A stretch of 64,000 bases of DNA, taken from positions 736,001-800,000 of the forward strand of contig CAXXFV010000023.1 of the NCBI GenBank assembly GCA_963674595.2, given 5' to 3'. Positions 10,146 to 20,849 of the stretch are shown here, one piece after another. The DNA comes from a bacterium (lineage in GTDB: Bacteria > Zhuqueibacterota > Zhuqueibacteria > Residuimicrobiales > Krinioviventaceae). A model generated the notes under the pieces. The model searched no databases and was not told where the DNA came from. It saw nothing but the letters and a program-made list of their open reading frames with translations. Made by a program: the position numbers and the translations under genes. The first letter of the stretch is position 1, and every line of letters starts with the position of its first letter.

Positions 10146-10724
10146 ATGACTTCTTCGAAACCTGAAAAAGGCTTTGCCTGTTTCCGCCTTACAGTCCTGG
10201 GACCAGTAGCAGTAAAATGGGGCTCTTTTGACAATTTTCCGATGGTTACAAGGATACTGCTTACTGATCCTGACAAGGAGAGAAGCATGTCCCAGGAAAA
10301 CCCTTTTCCCAGTCTTCCCCGGTCCTCCTGCAGGGAGATGGAAGAGTTACTAAACCAGATCGAAGCATTCACAAGTGGAGATAAAATTAATTTTCCAACC
10401 GATATCCTGCGGCTGAGCGACTGCTCCGGATTCCAGCAAAAAGTTCTGCAGGCCGAATCAGCCATTCCCAGGGGCATGGTCAGCTCTTACGGACACATCT
10501 CAGCTCACCTGGGAATACCAGGCGGGGCCAGGGCCGTTGGCACAGCCCTGGCAACTAATCCCTTTCCACTTGTGATCCCCTGTCACCGGGCAATTCGCTC
10601 CGACGGCTCCCTGGGAGGATTCCAGGGAGGACTCCCTATGAAACAGTTTCTGCTGGAAAAAGAAGGGATAGCCTTCAACCAAAAAAATCAGGTGGTAAAT
10701 CCTGACTTCTATGACTGGGAATGA
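10146..10724 (+). CDS. ogt: Methylated-DNA--protein-cysteine methyltransferase
   Basis: ARAVGTALATNPFPLVIPCHR active-site motif, LGGF, LLEKE. Confidence 0.9.
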   Translation: MTSSKPEKGFACFRLTVLGPVAVKWGSFDNFPMVTRILLTDPDKERSMSQENPFPSLPRSSCREMEELLNQIEAFTSGDKINFPTDILRLSDCSGFQQKVLQAESAIPRGMVSSYGHISAHLGIPGGARAVGTALATNPFPLVIPCHRAIRSDGSLGGFQGGLPMKQFLLEKEGIAFNQKNQVVNPDFYDWE

Positions 10725-10812
10725 AAAGCATTAAGCAGACTGAATAATGAGATATCCGCACCCAGGCCGGCGCCTCCGCCACCTCGCTGCTTAACCGAGA
10801 GAAAAATATGGA

Positions 10813-11169
10813 TTAGTCCTTTGGCGGCTTGTTGTAGCCCCTGTCACCGAAGGGAGATAATTTCTCCAGCCACAACTCTTCCAGGACACGCAAATCTTCA
10901 GCGGGGTTATAGGCTGGATTATCTTCCGGTTTAAGAACCTCAAGTTCCTTGAATTCAAACATCTCGGGACCATACTCCCGCCATTCCTTCAGGAGGACCG
11001 AATTACGATGACTGCCCAGCTTCAGCTCGGCCTTATGCCGATTCAGAATTGCCGGCATATTGACACTGGAGCCTATAAAAACTTTTCCATTTGCCTTGTT
11101 TTTAATCTGGAAAACACCCATGGTACGGGGAGTATTTTTATATTCTCTTATTTTTTCTTTTCTATCCAT
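10813..11169 (-). CDS. GIY-YIG nuclease family protein (small, stand-alone)
   Basis: MGVFQIKNKANGKVFIGSS, NRHKAELKLGSHRN, C-terminal GYN; start MDRKEK at 11169. Confidence 0.78.
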   Translation of the reverse strand: MDRKEKIREYKNTPRTMGVFQIKNKANGKVFIGSSVNMPAILNRHKAELKLGSHRNSVLLKEWREYGPEMFEFKELEVLKPEDNPAYNPAEDLRVLEELWLEKLSPFGDRGYNKPPKD

Positions 11170-11393
11170 TTTTATTTCCAGTCCCTGCCCTTGCAAAAGT
11201 ACGACAGGCCGGTTCTTTGCCATTTACAATCACAGTAATCCTTTGAACTCCGGCACAATAGTTCCTGGCTGAAGTGCTTTGAAAAGAGTGCCGCTTTTTG
11301 ACTGCTTTTATCTGGCCGGGATGTTCCATTTTGGAAATTTCAAACAGCTTCCTGGCCTGTTTCCTGCTATTTTTTATTAGATCCACGACATAT

Positions 11394-12159
11394 TCAATCC
11401 GCGATTTCCCCAGCCTTTTCTCCCGGCTTGGAAAAGACAACCCAAACCCCGTAGTTAACCTGTTCCTGATCTATCCGGGGCCTGATTATTTCATAATCGC
11501 TAATTCCCAGATTCTTCATGATCCCTGTCAGTTCAACTGAAGTATCAGCAGGGCTGTACCTGGGACCCCCTCCCTGTTTTTCCCTTACCTGCTTTGCGAT
11601 CTCAAGCGGCATATTTCCGGAAAACCCTCGGCCGACAAAGGCATGCCCGCCAGGTTTTAACACCCGGAAGATCTCGGCAAAAACCTGTTCTCTGTTTTTC
11701 CAGAACTGCAAAGACCCGCGGGAAACTATCACATCGGCATAATTATCCCTGAATGGCAGGTAGTGAGCATCCGCGAACAGAAATCCGATCCGGTCGGCGC
11801 ACTGCTTTTCACGGGCTCCCTGAAACAAAAACCCGGAAAAGCAGGTATTGATATCAGTGTTGATCCAGAAGAAGGAGGAAGTCCGTTTACATAATTCCAG
11901 GGCCAGATCTCCAGGCCCGCCGCCAATATCGATTCCTATTCCCTGCTTGTCCTGGATTCCGAATCGATCAACTATGTCCTGGGCCAGGTATGGATAGGCC
12001 GGGGCGAGAACCGTTTTTGCGGTCAGGTTAAACTGCGAAGTCTCTTCTTCTGTGAACTGCCGGTATGATGGAGATTCCTGAATATCCTGTGCCCAGATCA
12101 GCGCGCCGGGCAAGACCAGAAAAAAAAACAATACAAACTATCAGGCTGGCGGTCTTCAA
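11394..12159 (-). CDS. Class I SAM-dependent methyltransferase with a likely signal peptide, frameshifted at a poly-T tract near the start
   Basis: IDIGGGPG, DAHYLPF, VSRGS, RVLKPGG; removing one T from the 9-T run (12120-12128) gives LKTASLIVCIVFFLVLPGALIWA. Confidence 0.75.
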
Positions 12160-12506
12160 AATGCGTCTATCCTTTTCTTTTTAAAACTACCTCCTGAAAC
12201 CTTCCGAACCTGGAAGCCCAGAGATACTTATTGCCGATCAGAGGATCTATTATGCGCTGTATAGGCAGCAATTGCATCTTTAAAAACATGGACAGCTGAA
12301 CGCAGGAAAAGTGCCATTCCGGTTATTGGTAACAGAATCTAGGGATTACGCTACAGCCAGAATAACAACTTTAATCGTCAGGTAAGGTCCTGAAATAAAG
12401 TTGTCTCTGTTAGTGTATTTGGTGTTCATTTTCTCTAAACAGGATGATTCTCTCTTTTGGGGGAGGGGGGAGAAAATCACACGGGCACCTGCCGCCCGTG
12501 ATTGTT

Positions 12507-12530
12507 CATAAGCTGGAAGCTTATGCCACG
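12507..12530. repeat. REP-like 24-bp palindromic repeat, copy 1
   Basis: cataagctggaagcttatgccacg, identical to 34139-34162; cataagc/gcttatg stem. Confidence 0.75.
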
Positions 12531-12714
12531 AGACAAGGTCAATCTTCAATCAATAATTCTTTTCCTCTTCTTTCCCGGGAACTAATAGGGTAAATTTATT
12601 AATGTATTTATTTTGCAAACAACCCGGCCCAAGCAGGCTGGACATGGGCGACTCATCGGGTCACCCTTTATCCAGGCTGAAGTGCCGTTTTACGACAAAT
12701 AAGGAGAGTTACTT

Positions 12715-13548
12715 ATGTCAGAGAATCTGAATCGTCGAGACTTCCTGGTCAAATCCGCGGCCGCGGCTGGAGTAACGGGGCTGGTCGCCGCGGGCAGTGT
12801 CGGCGAGTCCATGTCTGCTCCCTCGGCTGCTTTGACCCAGGGATCGGCATCCTCTACCCAAAAAAAGACACTCCTGGCCATCGGCGCTCACTATGATGAC
12901 TGCCCTTTCGGTATTCCCGGAATCCTGCTGGATGCCGTAGAAAAAAACTACCGGGTGGTCATTCTCAATATCATCGGCGATTACTCCAACTGGCCTCCGG
13001 TCAGTGACCGAGTGGAAGAGCTGCGCGCCAACAGCATCCGCCTGGCCGCGGAGCGGGGAATGGAGATGCGGTTCCTCAACTACGCTTCAATGGGGTACGA
13101 GGTGAATGATAAAACCAAAAGGGAAATGGCCGAAGTTGTGGCCGAAGTCCAGCCTGAGCTGGCCTTCATGCTCTGGCGGCGCGACCGGCATCCCGATCAC
13201 GAGGTTGCCTCCCTGTTGAGCGAGGCCGCCTTACGCCAACCCGGCGCGATTCTCGGACGTTCCGGCATAAAAATTCCCCGGCGAATTTATTATTATGACA
13301 ACGGCCCGGGGCACACGGTTGATTTTGAACCGGATACCTATGTGGATGTTTCCGCTCACTGGCCCGCGGCTATGGAATGGCTGGGCCGGAACATGGCTTT
13401 TGTAAGAAAGCTGGCCTATGACCCCAAGGCGCCGGACGGATCCCAGACGGTCAAGGAGAAGCTGGCCCAATACCGGGGTATGGCCTGCGGGGTCGAATAC
13501 GCTGAAGCCCTGATGGCCTATAAAGACTATCCGGTTGAGATACTATGA
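12715..13548 (+). CDS. PIG-L/LmbE family deacetylase with Tat signal
   Basis: NRRDFL twin-arginine motif; GAHYDD and HPDH metal-binding motifs; CGVEYAE. Confidence 0.82.
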   Translation: MSENLNRRDFLVKSAAAAGVTGLVAAGSVGESMSAPSAALTQGSASSTQKKTLLAIGAHYDDCPFGIPGILLDAVEKNYRVVILNIIGDYSNWPPVSDRVEELRANSIRLAAERGMEMRFLNYASMGYEVNDKTKREMAEVVAEVQPELAFMLWRRDRHPDHEVASLLSEAALRQPGAILGRSGIKIPRRIYYYDNGPGHTVDFEPDTYVDVSAHWPAAMEWLGRNMAFVRKLAYDPKAPDGSQTVKEKLAQYRGMACGVEYAEALMAYKDYPVEIL

Positions 13549-13658
13549 AGTCTCAGCTTGCCGCTGATGGCTGATTATGGGCAATTATCTGACAGGGGGA
13601 TACCTGTCCGCGATTTTAAGGATTAGAACGAATCAATATAATTCTAAAGGAACAGTCA

Positions 13659-14771
13659 ATGAAAAAATTAGCTGCCGTATGCATGGCTTTGACATTTTTA
13701 ATAAGCATCAGCCTTTACGCCCAGCCGGATTCCCAGCCAGTGAAAATCGGAATCGTCGGCCTGTCTCATTCGCATGTGCACCAGATCCTGCGGAGACCCG
13801 CGCAGGGTGACATTGAAATAGTCGGCATCGCCGAATCGAACCGGGACCTGGCCCGGCGCTATGCCCAGCAGTATGGATACTCAATGGATATCGTCTATGA
13901 CACCATTGAAGAAATGCTGAACGCATCCCATCCGACTGCCGTGACAGCATTTAACCCGATTGACGAGCACATCCTGGCGGTGCAGGCCTGCGCTCCCCGG
14001 GGAATCCACGTCATGGTGGAAAAACCACTGGCTGCCAATCTCAGGCAGGCACGGGAAATGGAAAAACTTGCCAGAAAATTCGGCATCCACCTGGTTACAA
14101 ATTACGAAACCACCTGGTATGCCTCCAATCACCGGTGTTACGAGATGGTAAATGAGGAGTCAGCGATTGGAGAGATTCAAAAAATTGTAGTCCATGACGG
14201 ACACCAGGGGCCAAAAGAGATCGGCGTCAACGACGAATTTTTCGAATGGCTGACCGACCCGGTTAAAAACGGAGGAGGCGCTGTGATTGATTTCGGGTGC
14301 TATGGCGCCAACCTCATCACCTGGCTGATGAAGGGGGAAAAGCCTCTTGCCGTTTCCGCCATACTTCAGACTAATAAACCTGATGTCTATCCCAGGGTAG
14401 ATGACGAAGCGACGATCCTACTTAAATATCCAAAAGCGCAGGGGATCATACAGGGCTCCTGGAACTGGCCTTTTTCCCGCAAGGACATGCAGGTCTACGG
14501 CCGAACCGGTTATGTCTTCGCGGATGACGGCAGCAAAATGAGAATCCGGCTCGAAGGTGAAAAAGAGGAACATACAGCAGTCCTGGAAAAGAGGCCGGAG
14601 CCGCTGGGTGATCCGTTTGCATATTTTGCGGCAGTCATCAATGGCGAAGTAAAGCTTCAGCCATTCGATCTTTCCAGCCTTGAAAATAACATGATAGTCA
14701 TGCAGATACTGGATGCGGCAATCCGCAGCAATGCCGAGGGAAAGACGGTCAAACTGGCGATTGAGGATTAG
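13659..14771 (+). CDS. Gfo/Idh/MocA family oxidoreductase, Sec signal
   Basis: IGIVGLSHSH, HVMVEKPL, GGGAVIDFGCYG. Confidence 0.88.
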   Translation: MKKLAAVCMALTFLISISLYAQPDSQPVKIGIVGLSHSHVHQILRRPAQGDIEIVGIAESNRDLARRYAQQYGYSMDIVYDTIEEMLNASHPTAVTAFNPIDEHILAVQACAPRGIHVMVEKPLAANLRQAREMEKLARKFGIHLVTNYETTWYASNHRCYEMVNEESAIGEIQKIVVHDGHQGPKEIGVNDEFFEWLTDPVKNGGGAVIDFGCYGANLITWLMKGEKPLAVSAILQTNKPDVYPRVDDEATILLKYPKAQGIIQGSWNWPFSRKDMQVYGRTGYVFADDGSKMRIRLEGEKEEHTAVLEKRPEPLGDPFAYFAAVINGEVKLQPFDLSSLENNMIVMQILDAAIRSNAEGKTVKLAIED

Positions 14772-14779
14772 CCCGCAGT

Positions 14780-16081
14780 TTACTCCTCAAAGCGCAGGAA
14801 AAAAGGCTCTCCAATAACGTGATCAGATAATTTCAAGCGTTCCAGTGACGCCTCGACGGTGCCAAACAATTCCGGTTCAACAGTTACAATATCGGGAATG
14901 ACGGGAACTCCGTCAATATCTGCTTTAAACCTCCATCTCTGCACGGAATCCTTGATATTCATCCCGGCATCAGCCAGAATTTTGGAGGCATCGGCAAAAC
15001 TGCCCGGGACATGGGTCAGCCCCATGCGAATATAACCCTGTCTCTTCAGGGTTCTGACATCAGCAATGTCAATTTCATTATCCAGGGTTGGAAGAGGATC
15101 ACTCACGCCCCTGCGGAGATTGTCTGCGATATGGAAGATATCTGAAACAACGGCACTGGCAGTCGGTTTCATCCCGGCGCCTTTCCCCAGGAGGAGCTGC
15201 GGACCGCAGTAGTCACCCTCCATGTATACGGCATTGAGTTCATCCCTGACGGAAGCCAGGGGATGGTCCTTCCTGATCAGGGCCGGGTAAACAAAGAGTT
15301 CCAGGGCCTGCCCGTTGTGCCTGACGGAAGCCAGGGATTTAACGGTATATCCCGGTTCCCCTTCCTCAACCCTGTACTTGACCGCGAAATCAAGGTCAGT
15401 GTCGGTTACGCTGGTTATGCCCTCGCAATAAATCTTCTCAGGATTGATATGGGTGTTGTATACCAGTGAGGAGATTATTGACAGCTTATCCCGCGAATCA
15501 AATCCGCCGGTATCCAGGATATGGTTGGATTCGGCGAATCCTTTTTCCTGGGCCAGGGTCAGGGCATCCTCAAAACTCATCCCCCCCTCCATGCAGGTGA
15601 GCATGAAATTACAGGTTCCGTTCAGAATTCCGGTGATCTTGTTAAAGGGCTGATTTTTATATCCGCGTAATACCCGCAGGATAGGGATGGATCCGGCAAC
15701 CGCTGCTTCGAATTTCAGGTCTGACCCGCTGGCACGGGCGGCGTCAAAAAAACGGGGCATGTGGTGAGACACTGCCAGCTTATTGGCGGTAACTACTGAT
15801 TTCCCTTTTTCCAGGGCAGCAACGATAAAATCACTGGCCGGCCTGTCTCCGCCGATAAGTTCAACAACTATATCTATTTCGGGATCATTGATGACTTCTC
15901 CAGCATCCGCGACCAGGTTATCGAACTTAACAGCCCTGGGCCTGGAATGATCCTGGTCAGCGACCTTTTTGAGGCATACACCGCATTTATCCGGCCCGGC
16001 ATAATTCTCCTGGAAATAACTGACTACGCCACTCCCGACGGTGCCGAAGCCTATGATCCCTACATTAACTATTTCTTTCAT
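14780..16081 (-). CDS. hom: Homoserine dehydrogenase
   Basis: GIIGFGTVGSGV, VVTANK, FEAAVAGSIP, GILNGTCNFML, GAGMKPTASAV. Confidence 0.9.
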   Translation of the reverse strand: MKEIVNVGIIGFGTVGSGVVSYFQENYAGPDKCGVCLKKVADQDHSRPRAVKFDNLVADAGEVINDPEIDIVVELIGGDRPASDFIVAALEKGKSVVTANKLAVSHHMPRFFDAARASGSDLKFEAAVAGSIPILRVLRGYKNQPFNKITGILNGTCNFMLTCMEGGMSFEDALTLAQEKGFAESNHILDTGGFDSRDKLSIISSLVYNTHINPEKIYCEGITSVTDTDLDFAVKYRVEEGEPGYTVKSLASVRHNGQALELFVYPALIRKDHPLASVRDELNAVYMEGDYCGPQLLLGKGAGMKPTASAVVSDIFHIADNLRRGVSDPLPTLDNEIDIADVRTLKRQGYIRMGLTHVPGSFADASKILADAGMNIKDSVQRWRFKADIDGVPVIPDIVTVEPELFGTVEASLERLKLSDHVIGEPFFLRFEE

Positions 16082-16240
16082 AATCCCGATCCTTTCACCC
16101 AGCAGCCGGTACCGGCAATCCGGGCGGCCCAATCGGTCAATGCTACAAAAAAATCAAGAGAAAGAGCAAGACCCAGAAGCAGTTACTTCTTGGATTTACA
16201 CCTTTCCCCGGTTAATGGAAGCCGTCCCGTGTTGAAAGAG

Positions 16241-16912
16241 CTAAAAAGAAAACTTCAGCTTACTCCCCAGGACATGGGCATCCTGCCATTCCAGTGACCC
16301 ATTTTTTTTCTGCCAGATATAATATGTATCCAGGGTAATATACTTGCCAAGATAAAAGGAGTTCCCGCCCGAAACACGGTTCCAGACCAGGTGATCGTTG
16401 GAGTTGATAGTTGAGAGGTACTCCTCTGATAGATACGGCTTGATCCTGAGTGAGCCCAGGTGCATATAGGTCGAAACCTTCAGCCTCTGTTTCAGCCGGA
16501 TCTCGGCCGGATTTTCCCCTGAAATATTCCAGAACTCAAAAAGATTCCTGAAATCAACTTCATACCGTGAAGGATGCCACTTGAGGGACATGCCCACTCC
16601 CGGTACATAATAGCGGTGCCATCCGCTGGGGCCCAGGAGGTCCAATCCCTTCAGGCTTCCCCTGAGACTGATCCGTTCCGATACTTCATATTCTCCCCCT
16701 GCTTCAATCTTCCTGAAATAATCGGACTCTAAAAATCCTCTCTGTTTTAGCAGCCCGCTTATGAAAATTTCTCTTCCGGAACCCAAGTCTTTTTCAGCAT
16801 CAAGTCCCAGGTTAGTTTCAATTTCAGAGTCTCCAGCCTGCATGACTCCCTGCAGGAGAAAACAGATCAGAAGAAAAAATGGCAATAATCTATACATATT
16901 CCTTATAACCAT
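16241..16912 (-). CDS. Outer-membrane beta-barrel protein (DUF2490-like)
   Basis: Signal peptide, alternating beta pattern, RLKQRLKV, C-terminal aromatic KFSF. Confidence 0.6.
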   Translation of the reverse strand: MVIRNMYRLLPFFLLICFLLQGVMQAGDSEIETNLGLDAEKDLGSGREIFISGLLKQRGFLESDYFRKIEAGGEYEVSERISLRGSLKGLDLLGPSGWHRYYVPGVGMSLKWHPSRYEVDFRNLFEFWNISGENPAEIRLKQRLKVSTYMHLGSLRIKPYLSEEYLSTINSNDHLVWNRVSGGNSFYLGKYITLDTYYIWQKKNGSLEWQDAHVLGSKLKFSF

Positions 16913-17082
16913 TCAGCACCTGAAACAATTAAATTCTTTACGAAAAAAACAATCCATCCAAAGAAGCCGTTTCCCGGACCCAGCTATCCGGATAAAAAAG
17001 TTATCTGTGGAAATCTTTCTGCTGTAACGATTGAATCAAGATAAGTAAAACCAGCCTGTAATAGAATTAAAGGCAAGTTAAC

Positions 17083-19326
17083 TTATCTTTTAAAACCGCA
17101 TTCTTTATTAGGACAAAATTGTACAGTCCCATCTTTCCTCGTCGTTTTCTCTACCAGGTATGGAGAACCGCATTCAGGACAGGCTTCGGGTACCGGCTTT
17201 TGCCAGGACACAAAATCACAGGCCGGGTACTGGTCGCAGCCGTAAAACATCCGCCCTTTCCTGGTTCGTTTCTCGACAACCTCACCTTTGCCGCACTTGG
17301 GGCAGCTTACACCCACCGGTACAGAAATCGGCTTGGTATTCTTGCAGGTAGGATAAGATGAACAGGCCAGGAAAGCTCCATAGCGCCCCTCTTTAACTAC
17401 CATTTTCGAATTACATTTATCGCAGATCTCGTCGGTTTCCTTTGCAGTTACCGGCGCACCCGGCTGATCCTCTCCATTGATAGGCCTGGTATTGCGGCAT
17501 TTAGGAAAATCAGAGCAGGATAAAAACTTTCCGAATCTTCCCCACTTTATTATCATGGGCTTCCCGCACTCTTCACAGATTTCGTCGGTTTCTTCTCCGT
17601 TTTTACGGAGATCCTTCATTTCAACCGCGGCTTTTTGCAGGCTTTCACGGAATCCGCTATAGAAAGACTCTAATGTCTTGATCCAGTCCGCTGATCCTTC
17701 TTCAATTGAATCCAGGTCTCTTTCGAGCCTGGCCGTGTAGTCATAATCAAAAAGTTCACCAAAGTGTCCTATAAGCAGATCATTTATGAGCTCTCCCAGT
17801 TCAGTAGGGAGGAACCTGGCGCTATCCTTGCGCACATAATCCCGGCTCATAATTACCTGCAGGATCTGCTGGTAGGTAGAGGGTCTTCCTATACCCTTCT
17901 CTTCCAGTGCCTTGACCAGGGAAGCTTCATTGTACCTGGAGGGAGGCTGTGTGAATTTCTGCTCCTTGGTCAGCTCTTCAGTCTTGAGCACTTCTCCTTT
18001 TGAAACATCAGGAAGAACCACCCCGGTATCATCAGAATTATCATCACTGCCTTCAACGGATTCTGAATAAACCTTAAGGAAACCGTCAAATCTCATGATC
18101 GAACCGGTAGCTGTAAACTCCGCCCTGCCGGCTTCTACAATAATCTGGGTCTGATCAAACAGTGCCTCCACCATCTGGGAAGCAATAAATCTCTTCCATA
18201 TAAGGCCGTAGAGCTTAAATTCATCCCGGCTCAGGTAAACCTTCATGCTGTCAGGATCACGCCAGGCTGAAGTGGGCCTGATAGCTTCGTGGGCATCCTG
18301 GGCATTTTTCTTTGATTTATAAATATTTGGCTTGCCGGGAAGGTAATTTTCCCCGAATCTTTCAGAAATGTATCCCCTGGCTTCCTGGAGCGCGGAATCA
18401 GAAACCCTGGTCGAGTCGGTCCTCATGTAGGTGATCAATCCAACTGAACCCTCTTCGCCTATTTCGACACCTTCATAGAGACGCTGGGCCAGGCTCATGG
18501 TTTTTTTGACAGTGAATCCCAGCTTCCGGGCGGCATCCTGCTGCAACTTGCTGGTAATGAATGATGGGACCGGTTTGCGCTTTCGCGCTTTTTTGCTTAC
18601 TTTCGCAACAGTAAACTGTGATTCCCTGAGTTCATCATAGAGTTTCCCGGCATCTTCCTGGTTAGTAATGGAAAATTTCTTTCCATCCAGCTTAGAAGCT
18701 TTAGCCAGAAAAGATGGAGGTGTGCCGGCCTTAAGCAAAGCCTTGAATTCCCAGTACTCTTCAGAATTAAAAGCCCTAATTTCCCGTTCCCGGTCCACAA
18801 TCAGCCTTACCGCGACAGTCTGCACCCTTCCGGCAGAAAGTCCGACCCGCACCTTTTTCCAAAGGAGAGGGCTGATCTTATAGCCTACGAGGCGGTCCAG
18901 TATCCTGCGGGCCTGCTGGGCGTCAACCTTGTTCCGGTCGATTTCTGTCGGATGCTCGAACGCTTTCAATACTGCTTCTTTAGTAATTTCATTAAAAAGC
19001 ACCCTGTGTATAGTTTGCTCGTCATTACCTCCAAGAAGATGGGCAAGGTGAAAACAAATAGCCTCTCCCTCTCGGTCAGGGTCAGCTGCAAGGTAGATTA
19101 CTTCGGCTTTCGCGGCTTCTTTCTGTAGTTCTTTGACAACCTTTTCCTTACCGTGAATCACCCTGTATGAGGGTTTGAAGCCATTCTTTATATCAACTCC
19201 GAGCGCTTTGGGGGGGAGATCCCTTATATGCCCGGCCGAAGCACGCACGGCATATCCTTTGCCCAGATATTTGCCGATAGTCCTGGCTTTGGCTGGAGAT
19301 TCCACAACTACAATAGATTTTGCCAT
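17083..19326 (-). CDS. topA: DNA topoisomerase I
   Basis: VVESPAKA, DPDREGEAI, GLITYMRTDS, AQDAHEAIRPT, three C-terminal C4 zinc ribbons. Confidence 0.97.
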   Translation of the reverse strand: MAKSIVVVESPAKARTIGKYLGKGYAVRASAGHIRDLPPKALGVDIKNGFKPSYRVIHGKEKVVKELQKEAAKAEVIYLAADPDREGEAICFHLAHLLGGNDEQTIHRVLFNEITKEAVLKAFEHPTEIDRNKVDAQQARRILDRLVGYKISPLLWKKVRVGLSAGRVQTVAVRLIVDREREIRAFNSEEYWEFKALLKAGTPPSFLAKASKLDGKKFSITNQEDAGKLYDELRESQFTVAKVSKKARKRKPVPSFITSKLQQDAARKLGFTVKKTMSLAQRLYEGVEIGEEGSVGLITYMRTDSTRVSDSALQEARGYISERFGENYLPGKPNIYKSKKNAQDAHEAIRPTSAWRDPDSMKVYLSRDEFKLYGLIWKRFIASQMVEALFDQTQIIVEAGRAEFTATGSIMRFDGFLKVYSESVEGSDDNSDDTGVVLPDVSKGEVLKTEELTKEQKFTQPPSRYNEASLVKALEEKGIGRPSTYQQILQVIMSRDYVRKDSARFLPTELGELINDLLIGHFGELFDYDYTARLERDLDSIEEGSADWIKTLESFYSGFRESLQKAAVEMKDLRKNGEETDEICEECGKPMIIKWGRFGKFLSCSDFPKCRNTRPINGEDQPGAPVTAKETDEICDKCNSKMVVKEGRYGAFLACSSYPTCKNTKPISVPVGVSCPKCGKGEVVEKRTRKGRMFYGCDQYPACDFVSWQKPVPEACPECGSPYLVEKTTRKDGTVQFCPNKECGFKR

Positions 19327-19513
19327 CAGTTAAATACCCTTGTTTCAGTTCTGGCCTGAATTCCATCTCCCGGTTAATCAGAATCTGAAACCCTTTTTAT
19401 TTTCATCTGCTAAGGAAAACGACATTCTACACATTTATCCTGAATAGTAAAATTACTATCAGGTTACTACTAGTTTTTCACAAAGGTTTCACAACAAGCA
19501 AACCCGAACGCTT

Positions 19514-19530
19514 CCGGGCCTTCGGCCCGG
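19514..19530. other. GC-rich hairpin with TTCG-containing loop in the dprA-topA spacer
   Basis: ccgggccttcggcccgg; no clear U-tract. Confidence 0.4.
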
Positions 19531-19538
19531 GAAAATAA

Positions 19539-19669
19539 ATTCAAGATTCAATTCAATTCAATCAAGTACAGACCAGGACGAAAGAGGCAATCACCTTAAC
19601 CACCGAGCAGCCTGGGAATGGAAGGTCCATGCAGTCCATGTAGTCCATGCAGTCCACCTCGTCCACAAA
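19539..19669. repeat. Degenerate ATTCAAG heptamers followed by five GTCCAYNNN 9-mers
   Basis: attcaagattcaattcaattcaatcaag at 19539-19566; GTCCATGCA GTCCATGTA GTCCATGCA GTCCACCTC GTCCACAAA at 19625-19669. Confidence 0.75.
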
Positions 19670-19736
19670 GCGGGAATTGTTCATACATTCCCTGCTGCCT
19701 TCTACCCGCGGCTATTCCCTGTGGAAGCAACACGCC

Positions 19737-20849
19737 CTACAGGCACTTGCAGTAATGGGATCCTGACATTCTTTTTATAACGTCCCTGCTTTCGAGTTTA
19801 AGCAGGATTTCACTCAAATAAGGCCAGGAAAACCCGGTCCCTGAAACCAGGTGGTCCAAGCTGGTGAGCCTGTCCGGGAAAAGCATATTCACCACAGTGG
19901 ATTCATCCCGCGAAAGAGAAACACAGTCCTCAGTATCCGCCTCGACGATCTCAGCTTCCAGCTTTAGTTTTCTCAAGACGTGTACAGGCAGGTAATCCAC
20001 GATTTCCGCCGGGCTGAGAAGCGGGTGCGCTCCCTGTTTTATCAGGTAATTTGGCCCATAACTGGTTTTACTGGTGATGTTACCCGGCACAGCCCAAACC
20101 TCCCGGTTCTGTTCCAGGGCCAGCCTGGCTGTGATCAGTGAGCCGGAAAATTCAGCTGCTTCGGTTATCAGGGTGCCCCAGGAAAGCCCGCTTATGATCC
20201 GGTTGCGGACCGGAAAATTCTGGGGAGCTGGATATGCGCCCATGGGGAATTCAGACAGGATGCATCCTGAGTCCTTTATTTTCTGGTACAGCCCCCGGTT
20301 TTCCCTGGGGTAAGGCACATCAACACCAGTACCAAGGACAGCTATCGTGGGCTCTTTTGCAGACAAAGCGCCGAGGTGAGCCCTGGTATCAATGCCCCTG
20401 GCCATACCGCTGACTATGCATAGTTTCATTTCTGAAAACTCCCGGGCCATGTATGTTGTGACTTGTTCTCCATAGACCGTGCATCTTCTGGCCCCGACAA
20501 TCGAAACTGGGGGGATCCGCAAGAAACCCGGGTCACCAGCGGCATAAAGTATCAGGGGAGGATCATAAATCTCCTTAAGCAGCTCAGGATATTCATCATC
20601 TTTCAGGCTGATAATCTTCACGCTTTTTTTTTCGGCCATCCCGACCGCCTCTTCCGCTTTCCGCTCCGACTCCCCCGAAACAATGGAAAGACAAGCTTCA
20701 TTTCCAAATTTAAACTCCCTCAAATGCCGTGTCTTCATCTTCATTATTTCGCAGGCACTTCCCGCTACCTTGATCCCATTAAGGATCTTAACTACACCTA
20801 TACCGCTGGTTAACGCCAATGCCAGCATCGAGAACTTTTCATCATCCAT
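19737..20849 (-). CDS. dprA: DNA-processing protein DprA
   Basis: YPELLKEIYDPP, IVSGMARGID, FPVRNRIISGLS, SGSLITA; usual position upstream of topA. Confidence 0.94.
   Translation of the reverse strand: MDDEKFSMLALALTSGIGVVKILNGIKVAGSACEIMKMKTRHLREFKFGNEACLSIVSGESERKAEEAVGMAEKKSVKIISLKDDEYPELLKEIYDPPLILYAAGDPGFLRIPPVSIVGARRCTVYGEQVTTYMAREFSEMKLCIVSGMARGIDTRAHLGALSAKEPTIAVLGTGVDVPYPRENRGLYQKIKDSGCILSEFPMGAYPAPQNFPVRNRIISGLSWGTLITEAAEFSGSLITARLALEQNREVWAVPGNITSKTSYGPNYLIKQGAHPLLSPAEIVDYLPVHVLRKLKLEAEIVEADTEDCVSLSRDESTVVNMLFPDRLTSLDHLVSGTGFSWPYLSEILLKLESRDVIKRMSGSHYCKCL

Noticed and set aside
10813-11169. GIY-YIG protein as a homing endonuclease or mobile intron
   Set aside because: Short stand-alone family member with no interrupted host gene or intron structure.
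5846-12131. Integron cassette array among the small accessory genes
   Set aside because: No integrase, mixed gene orientation, and no repeated attC-like RYYYAAC...GTTRRRY sites recognised.
12180-12350. Riboswitch upstream of the methyltransferase
   Set aside because: No SAM, Moco or cobalamin consensus could be matched by eye; an Rfam scan is needed.
19625-19669. CRISPR array interpretation of the 9-mer and 7-mer repeats
   Set aside because: Units are far too short, there are no 25-45-bp spacers, and no cas genes are present.
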